From: Trichoplax adhaerens
Lineage: Eukaryota; Animalia; Placozoa
NCBI RefSeq assembly: GCF_000150275.1
Contig: NW_002060945.1
Location: 7,755,684-7,819,683 of the forward strand
Reading direction: 5' to 3'
DNA: 64,000 bases
Below the pieces are notes generated by a model that had not been told where the DNA came from, did no database searches, and was given only the letters and a program-made list of their open reading frames with translations. The stretch's first letter is position 1. Each line of letters begins with the position of its first letter. The position numbers were made by a program, and so were the translations under genes. Below, piece after piece: positions 55,610 to 64,000 of the stretch.

Positions 55610-56803
55610 TTATGTAAATTGAAAAGTTGAAGATTCACTTGGGCCTTGTGGATCAAGTAATTCAACAAATTGGCTCTTAAACTCAGCAACTTGATCAAAA
55701 TCAATTTCAACATTTGTTTGACGATTAATGTCAGCAACTTGCTGATGAATTTGATTAACTAATTCAGTTAATCCTTGACGCGATGTTAAAACGATAGTTT
55801 GATAGTATAACGGCAATTGGTGACTGCAGAATTTTGCCAGTAATTGATATCCCTGATAGTATTGCTTCCGTCTTTGCCAATTATAATGTTGAAACGTAAA
55901 GGCAGGAAATTGTAATTTTAAAAAATCCTCCATACCAATTTCTTCTAGTGGTGTATGACTGATAAATTCTAAAATATCCCAAACTTGTCTAGCTTGATCG
56001 TCGGCACATGCTTTATCCAATTTTTCCGCGGTGATTATTTTTTCCACATTATCATTAACTTGCGGTAGCGGTATAATATCTTTCATAGTTATAACGCTGT
56101 AGGGAATACCTTCCTTTTGGCAAGCATGAATTAAAGCTAACGTGCCATACGGACAAGATCTTTTGGAGAAATAACTTGTTAAGACACCCATCAGCCCAGG
56201 GCATAAATCAGTTAAGAAAGCGATACCATTACTTGCTAACTGATGGTGAATTGATAGTAGAGCTGATTTAAGTCGTGGTTGATCAGTAAATTCAGCCGGA
56301 GTGCCACAAGTATTATCATTCATGGTGTATAAATAGGAAGTACTAAATTGCCAAAAGATACTTATGGGCTGATTACGCTGGCCATCATGTTGATTGGTAT
56401 CACTATTGCCACTAAATTGTTCAAAATTGAAACCTTCTTCAATTAAATCGTAGTCATAGATACAATCATCAGAACTTAATTTTGATTTCCACAATTGGAT
56501 CCTTTCTTCACATAATTCTATGCCTTTTGCCCGTATGCGATCAAAACCGATTTGTTGAAAGCAACTTTTAATCAATGTTGATGTTGTTCCATCGCCACAC
56601 ATCAGATGTAAGAAATAGGGTGGATTGGTATCTTGATTAGTTGTTGAATCGATGAAAATATTGTCAATCCTTTTTCGTAATTGTTGGATGAGTTGACAAG
56701 TTTGGACTGTCCCATGCCGAACAATGTCAGTCAAATTGGTAGCTGTTCGAGACCAATTCATATAGCGTTGATAACGTGGCGGCTGGTTCAGGTTTTCTTC
56801 CAT
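55610..56803 (-). CDS. Class I SAM-dependent methyltransferase-like protein, single exon
   Basis: 397-aa ORF with motif I-like FLHLMCGDGT, motif II-like AKGIELCEERI, and post-motif 'LKSALLSIHHQLASNGIAFLT' (cf. AL..I...L.PGG). Confidence 0.65.
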   Translation of the reverse strand: MEENLNQPPRYQRYMNWSRTATNLTDIVRHGTVQTCQLIQQLRKRIDNIFIDSTTNQDTNPPYFLHLMCGDGTTSTLIKSCFQQIGFDRIRAKGIELCEERIQLWKSKLSSDDCIYDYDLIEEGFNFEQFSGNSDTNQHDGQRNQPISIFWQFSTSYLYTMNDNTCGTPAEFTDQPRLKSALLSIHHQLASNGIAFLTDLCPGLMGVLTSYFSKRSCPYGTLALIHACQKEGIPYSVITMKDIIPLPQVNDNVEKIITAEKLDKACADDQARQVWDILEFISHTPLEEIGMEDFLKLQFPAFTFQHYNWQRRKQYYQGYQLLAKFCSHQLPLYYQTIVLTSRQGLTELVNQIHQQVADINRQTNVEIDFDQVAEFKSQFVELLDPQGPSESSTFQFT

Positions 56804-59800
56804 GATTCACGCTATCGATTAGCAATTGAAGATAGTCAAATTTAAAGAGACGAAGAGTGATATCTCAATCGCTGTTCAACAAATTGGCTATTATTATTAC
56901 GAGATAGAATGACAGTAAGTTGGAGTGTTCGATAATAAAATCTATCTTGATATTCTAATTTGGTGGTAGTTGAATTAAAAATATCCTAGCTTACATCTAG
57001 ATTAGATTTTACTTACTCTTCAACGATTCATTATCTCAGTACTACTGCAGCATCTGATATAGTAGCACTGGATAAATAGATTGATTTAAAGATTGTTGAT
57101 TAACAGTAAATTGTAAGCTATTATCTTGCTCTATGTGTATTCATTGAATTCATACAGTACTTGCTGGCCGTGTTAGTTTGTCATTGTTAGAGATGAGCTA
57201 CTGCATATATTCAATATTTATAGTTGAATTACGGTATATTATAGCTACCACTTTTCTAAAATACGCGCATTATCAGCGCTATTATTAATCTCTACATTCA
57301 AGAAGTAATTCTTATACAACGGGGGAAAAAAAACAAGTCTTTCTAGTCTTTAATTTTCACTTTTACATTATTCTGGAATAATTATTTTGAAAATTTACTT
57401 CTATTGAATCTTTCGATCTCAAAATCAAGTTATTCTATCCAATTTGTGTCAACTTACTTCTCAAATATACTACCTTGGATTGGCTTAAAATCGATCGTTA
57501 ATAGAAGGGGAAAAATGACCCTTGTTGATTACGATGAAAAATTAGTGCGATGATGATGGAAGTACAAGCAATATTATAATAGATAGGCGAAAAGCGAACT
57601 CCTTTAAAGTTAAATAGACGACGTTGTATCAGACGCTATTGTTATGATTTCTTATTGTCCATTTTTTAACATTATCCAAGTTTATATATATATATTATTA
57701 TATGCAAGCATTATCCAGCCTATTGTTTATATATTATGCCATACGTTAAAATTGGATCTTTTTGCTGATTATTTATTTGTACCAGTTAAAATATACAGTG
57801 ATAGTTATCATCTATGTTAAACAGTACAACTTGCGTACGGTATAGTATTTGTTAGGCGTGATTACAACAATGCTATAATTGTTATGCTAAACGCTAGATG
57901 ATTTAGTGAAGAAGTAGAGCAGTACCGTAGATTAGTATAATATCTGAAATACTACGTCTACTATGTTGACGTAAAACATTAATATATAGGCATCAAAATC
58001 GTTTTTGATCTCTGACAAATTTCATTCTACAACCGTTTATTCCTAAGCTCGGCTAGAATTATTTCTTTAATCCCCATGTATTGATAATACATAGTTCTTT
58101 TCTTTGGCTAAAGAGAGAATTGACTGTTATAATGTCAAAATAACTGTTACTTTATAAGTTGGAATTGACTTTAGGTACGGTAATAAGATTGATAACGTAC
58201 TAGTTTTTATATAAATAGAAAATGAACTTTTTTACCATTTGGGTACACTAAAACGTCAATAGAGGTATTCCTACCGTCTACTCGATATTACTGTGAACAG
58301 ACAGTAATATCGATCGTTGTGCTGTAGGCAGGATGACCATATAAAATGGTAACCTTTATAAGCAGTGCAGGTAGCTCAACCTTTTTTACAGTTATCTAGA
58401 AAATTCACTGATGTTACTCCATTCTCAGTTAATAATAATCCTGAAGTGGTTTAATAATTACTATTTTACCTCTTGATTGCATAAGTGCATGGCATACTAG
58501 ACTGAATTACTGTATATCCACTATTTTTTCTGAGGTTGAGATTTATCATCTACACGGTATCCTACTACTGCATGGCTAACCAAAGGTATAATATAATTAT
58601 AAATACGAGCTTGATATATTTCAATCGCTATAGATAGAATTTGCTTTTAAAATCGATTTGTGTAGTCTTAGGTCGAATTTTATCTCATGATTATAAAATT
58701 CAGTGTATCCATTCAATCGGCTAGATGTATTTCCATCATCCTCTAAATGTCATGACATATCGCAGTGCACGATCATTACTAATAAACAAAACAGGCAGTC
58801 TTTTATCATTCATTTTAAGTCAATAGCTGATGTTGTCTTAAGTTATACCAACGATGCCTTTTCGAATTGGAAGTGGCAGATAATACTATAAAGCTGTTGT
58901 GACTACAGTATTAGCTGAAGGATCATACCTAATACTATATGATAACTTTCTTACTTCACAGAATAACCCTTAAAAAGTTGGTTGACATCGAACTATTAAC
59001 TGTGTCATTAATTTATTATGATCATCGAATCACCCGGTAGTCATTAACGTGAACTTGTATAACATGATAGCATGCCATATTAAAATTTAAAATGTAAATT
59101 CAGCAACGCTTCGCCAGCTTTATTAATTAATCATATAATTATTAACAGACAAATAAGCTATGATTTAGATATTACTACAGTACATGTAAAGCACAGTATG
59201 TTGGTCTAGTCTGAACGACAGAGGTAAAAGCCTAAGCTTTTGCATTTTCTCCAGTTGCTGTTCTGTCCTCCCATTCTTCAGGCTTGTTTTCATCCATTTT
59301 TTAAATGAATCAATAAAAGCATCATTTTTCTCCACATATTTCGAGCATCTTTATTGAGCTTCACACCTCGATAGTATTGTATACTGTACTTCAGAGACTA
59401 CTACAAGGAAAGAGTGCTATCCTTAGCATCACTAATACATCGTCATGGACTTTTCGATTTTTCCCATGATTTGTATATGTCACACACACAAAATTGCATT
59501 TTCTTGCTGGAAATGAAGTATCAAAATGCACCATTTTTTTATGAAATAGTCCCGGGTATTGAATTCATGACGGAAACTATACGTATTATAATAGCTAGTC
59601 CCTCAAAAGCCGTTCCCTTTTTTCTCGTTCATCAGTAAGTTTTATGGGCAGTTCTGAATGTTAATTTTTAATCTCAGTTCCACTGTGGCTAAGCTAGAGT
59701 ACACTGGTACTAAGTTGTAATAGTTACCAATAAAATAGTTAATAACCTAAACCTATCGTTGGACTGTATGTTTACTATAGTATAGGAATAAGTTCGTTTT

Positions 59801-60109
59801 CCTTTCCGGATGATCTGCGGAGTTTGTTGGGGAACCTTAAGAGTAGATAGTTTAGTTTAGGAACGATCACGAAAGCTGTTTTGTGACAGTAGTCTATGAT
59901 GCAAACTATTTACAGTATTGTACTTTATATGCACAAATAGTAATATATCAATAAATAAACAGACAGTCATTGATATAGTAGCGATAATATCGAAGGATTC
60001 TTCGACTTCTAGTGTTATTGTATCATTAATTCATTATCATTGCTTCCCATCGAGACTCTAGAGTTGGGAGCAAACCTTCTTCAAGGCATACTAAACAGTT
60101 CGATATACT

Positions 60110-60360
60110 AAACAGTTAGATACTGTATAGTATGTCGACAGCCGTACTGTATTCGAAACTTTCGATCCTGTCTACAATGTACAGTGTACAATGCACAGTA
60201 CTATGCACTGTGTCATCCTCGGCTACTACAGTACAGTACTGTACTGTACTGTACGGTATTATGAGCTCATACAGTGTACAGTACTGTACAGTACAGTACT
60301 ATGAGCGAGGGTGGGCCCGCTCGTGTCATTGAGATACAGTACTGTACTGCAGTCTATTTG
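60110..60360. promoter_or_regulatory. GTACA/CAGTACTG microsatellite cluster upstream of cysteine synthase
   Basis: 'actacagtacagtactgtactgtactgtac' and 'gtgtacagtactgtacagtacagtact' lie about 350-550 bp before the ATG at 60696. The regulatory role is inferred. Confidence 0.5.
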
Positions 60361-60695
60361 CGGAAGATCATTGGGGAGTTTTTGGGTCAAATTGATTTAA
60401 ACTAGTGACACCCTCGATCATGATAATACATTACTAATGTACTGTATTATTGCATGTCCGACAGTCAAAATCGTCTTAAGTCTTCAAATCAGCCGCGCCA
60501 TGCCAACCGTTGGGGGTGACACCAGTTCTTTGCAGAGATGACGAGGCGTTTCTCGCTTCTTGCTCACTAGAGTAGTACAAGTTGCAACTGCGTATTACGT
60601 GGTGTCAAGAACGTTTAAGCAGGGCCTCCAGGAGTGGAGAGTATTTCTATTTTTGTGTCTCTCCCAAGGTGCAAAGTCTCTATTTTTGCAGCATT

Positions 60696-62921
60696 ATGTC
60701 AAACTCAATTGTCAAGATAGTCAAACGAGCTGATTTGATTTCCAATCCATTAACAACAGCTTACGGAATAGTCACACGACGTTTATCACGCTATGCAACA
60801 ACGGAATATCGCCATGGTTTCGCTGGCATGGTCGGCAATACACCCATGATTTACTTAGAGAAAGTGAGCAAAGAAACTGGTTGCACAATACTTGCTAAAG
60901 CTGAGTTTGCAAATTGTGGGGGCTCAGTGAAAGATCGAGCTGCTTTATATTTAATCAAAGATGCTGAAGAGAGGCAATTATTGAAACCCGGTGGGACGGT
61001 AGTAGAAGGAACTGCTGGAAATACCGGTATAGGTTTAGCTCATTTGTGTAATGCTTTGGGTTATAAATGCGTTATTTACATGCCTGATACGCAATCTGTG
61101 GAAAAAATTGATCTAATGAGAGCCTTGGGAGCGGACGTTAGACCTGTTCCAGCTGTTCCTTACGATGATCCTAACAATTATAATCATCAGGCCATGAGAT
61201 TTGCAGACAGTTTAGATAATGCTGTTTGGACCAATCAGGTACTTGAGACAAATACTCCATTTATGCTGTCAACAGTCATGCTTGTTTAACGTGCAAGTTC
61301 TGCATTTAAAAATCGTCGATAGTGAAAGATTGACAATTAATAATTAAATAGAATGGATTAAGATCCTACAGCTAGCTGTAGGCGATACGCCATTGATTAA
61401 AGCAAACGATACACATGGACAACATATCTGCGCATGCAGACTTTTTGCTATGATTCAATCATAACATTTACTGTGAGATGAATAACAAATGAATATAAGT
61501 GTACTGTACAGTATACAGTATACTGTATAGTGGATACGCCTATTCCACACATCAGACTATTTAAATTTATCAGTTGTCCAAACGTTTATTTCTTATAGAT
61601 GGTACGGCACTTAGCTAGTGTTTAACTCAAGTACTTCCAGTTACTCGTAGTCTGTACATTGTGTACAACTGTAATAAGCATTGGCAACAATTCTGCCATC
61701 CTAGACTGCGAGTTAATACGAGCATCTGTTTTGTAGACCGGCTGAGTAAAGCTTAAATCGTATACAGTGTGAGTTCAAGTAATGACTAGTTATATTAAAC
61801 GAGTCCATCTCTGTGACCTATGCTGTTTCAGTTTACATTTCAGGATCATTGCACATTTTAAGCTCTATTGCTGACACTATCTGATGTTCTTGTTTCATTG
61901 CATAATGCCATAGTTTGACAGTGTAGCTAATCGACGTGCCCACATCGAAACGACTGGACCAGAGATATGGAAACAAACAGGTGGCACCGTTGATGTGGTC
62001 GTTTTTGCTACTGGTACCGGAGGTACATTAGCCGGAACCTCGATGTTTCTTAAAAGTATTAACCCTAATATCAAAGCGATATTAGCGGATCCTCAAGGCA
62101 GCGTTTTATATAATTACGTTAAAACTGGTAAGGGCCACTAAAGTATAGTCATTACGTAATGCAATAATAGAAAAGAGGCATTCATGTGCTGTCAATAGCC
62201 ATCGATTTAATCTTCTATTATAATTATGAATTATTCGCCAACAGTGATTACCAATTTATTTATTTTATCGTAAATTAGTTAATTTACTGATTCTTTCCTT
62301 TAGGCGAACTGATAAGAAGAGAAGGTAGTTCGATTACAGAAGGAATAGGTCAAGGTAGAGTAACCGCCAATTTGCAGGGTGCTCCAGTCGATGACGCCGT
62401 TAGCATTAGCGATTTTGATGCAGTAAACATGACATTTAGGTGCGGATATATGACTCTTAATGAAGTAATGTGATAACGCTAATTTTTGACATGGTAGATA
62501 TTTGCTAGAGGCATTGCTATCTTCAAATCATATCAAATTTGATTGGTAATGATTGTTGTTATTACAGCATGCGCTTAGTATATACCCTGTACGTTAACCA
62601 TTGGCATATTAAGTAGCAGTTAATATTTACTCGATGGTGTGCCAACGCAGTTATACACTTAGCTTTAACTAGAAACAAACTATGATTTTCTAATTGATTA
62701 GATTACTACATGAAGAAGGTATCTATGTTGGTGCTTCATCTGGTTTAAATGTGGCTGCTGCAGTTGAAGTAGCAAAGATGGTAGGACCCGGAAAAACAAT
62801 TGTCACATGTTTATGTGACGGTGGCCAACGTTCCTATTCGCGATTATTCAACAGAAAATTTATGGAGGAAAAAGATCTATTACGAGCTATACCTGAACCT
62901 TATAGACATACACTCAGTTAA
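60696..62921 (+). CDS. cysK: Cysteine synthase (PLP-dependent O-acyl-serine sulfhydrylase, fungal Cys11/CysB-like), probable mitochondrial presequence
   Basis: Exons 60696-61238, 61914-62127, 62304-62439, 62702-62921. Motifs: PLP-lysine GGSVKDR, substrate loop EGTAGNTG, phosphate loop [40 protein letters not shown]. No CBS heme or CBS-pair domains. Confidence 0.93.
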
Positions 62922-63801
62922 ATTTGAAAAATTACGCATCTTATGTGTATGATAGTTTTAGAATTGGCATCTATACTACAGTACCTAGTGATTAAATCTT
63001 TAAATCGAACTCTAGCTTGCATGTTGAATCTGAATCTAATTGCTTATATGGCGTAGCATATTTTAGGCTCCAATAGGTCATACTGTATGCTGGAGTATAA
63101 GATTGCAGTTTTTTAGGCATGTGAGTACTACATTGCAGATCATACACTGTAATTATTGCTCTGTATAGTGCAGATACCGCAGCCGTGAGCAAATCTAACG
63201 CTGAGAAGATATATAGAATTGGTTAATGTTTACCAAAGATGTCCTCTATGAGGCTTTTAAAGTACATCGTAATAAACATTCTCGATTAAAAGTGCATTAC
63301 CAACATGAAGTCATGCATTAAAGCGAAAAAATAGCTGAAATTTTGGTAGGATTAGGATGTATATAACATACATCAATGGAGCAGTCATTTTACCAAATGT
63401 ATCCCACATATTACACCGCTTAACTGAAACATAATGTTTATTAAATTTTTTATACCAATATTAACGCTCTTGCATGTACGGACTATTCGATATTGTAAAG
63501 ACATCAATATCATTAAGACAGGCGCAACTAGCCTATAAGGTGTAGCACTATACTAGTTGTATATTATATATGTTATACTGAATAACTATAATACCGTATA
63601 TGTTGATATTGCTACAAGGAACCTACAACATCATTTCGATTTAAGCTAAGCCTTATGTATAACATACTCAGTTAAACGTTCTATTACGCCACGAAGCACT
63701 TTACTAAGCGTACAATTAACGCGCATTGTGCGCTAAAAGAAGTTCGGAGGAAGTTGAAGAAAGGCGACACTTGCTTCAATCATGAGCATAACCATCCAAA
63801 G

Positions 63802-64000
63802 TTACTGCTGTTGATATTCCGCAGGATTGTGTTCAAATATTGCAGCTGCTCCCATGCCAGAGCCCATACACATTGAGACAATACCATAAGCTCTGTTAAG
63901 AAAGGAAGTCGCATTATTGAGCAATATACTTGTACTAAAGTAATCAAATAAAATGGCCAGTTAGCTATACGTGTGCAATTAAAATTAGCAACCTCTTCTC
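63802..64000 (-). CDS. ACAA1: 3-ketoacyl-CoA thiolase (peroxisomal ACAA1-like), last exon plus the end of the preceding exon
   Basis: Exon 63892-63802 reads (R)AYGIVSMCMGSGMGAAAIFEHNPAEYQQQ*, containing the thiolase C-terminal catalytic Cys motif (CxGxGxG). Confidence 0.85.

Noticed and set aside
59150-59660. Purine-rich minus-strand segments that look coding (e.g. MDENKPEEWEDRTATGENAKA)
   Set aside because: Several frameshifts are needed to join them and no family is recognisable.
60132-60332. 66-aa ORF, and similarly 34737-34919
   Set aside because: Translation of the GTACA microsatellite.
60582-60695. N-terminal 38 aa of the cysteine synthase ORF in the track
   Set aside because: It begins at a non-ATG codon; the first ATG at 60696 gives a plausible presequence.

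Overview
This is AT-rich, intron-rich eukaryotic DNA with short GT-AG introns. Gene content, especially the expanded 42-aa kinesin-light-chain-type TPR genes, suggests an early-branching animal, most likely a placozoan (Trichoplax); this is inference. (1) 1-18.2 kb holds a minus-strand cluster: a partial TPR gene, a decayed TPR pseudogene, a spliced gene encoding acidic low-complexity region-ZU5(HFS motif)-UPA-like-death domain, and a spliced TPR-ZU5(HLC)-UPA-like paralogue with no death domain. Together these resemble a PIDD/UNC5CL-like sensor/adaptor locus built from phase-1 exon cassettes. (2) 23.2-43.7 kb holds two complete integrin-beta paralogues arranged head to head, one canonical and one divergent. 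Their spacer contains a MITE-like element and GTACA/CAGTACTG-rich putative promoters. (3) Next come a multi-exon CCDC177 gene and three minisatellite families. (4) The last part contains an intronless SAM-methyltransferase-like gene, a fungal/Cys11-type cysteine synthase and the 3' end of a peroxisomal thiolase (ACAA1-like). All gene models were spliced by hand from the sequence.
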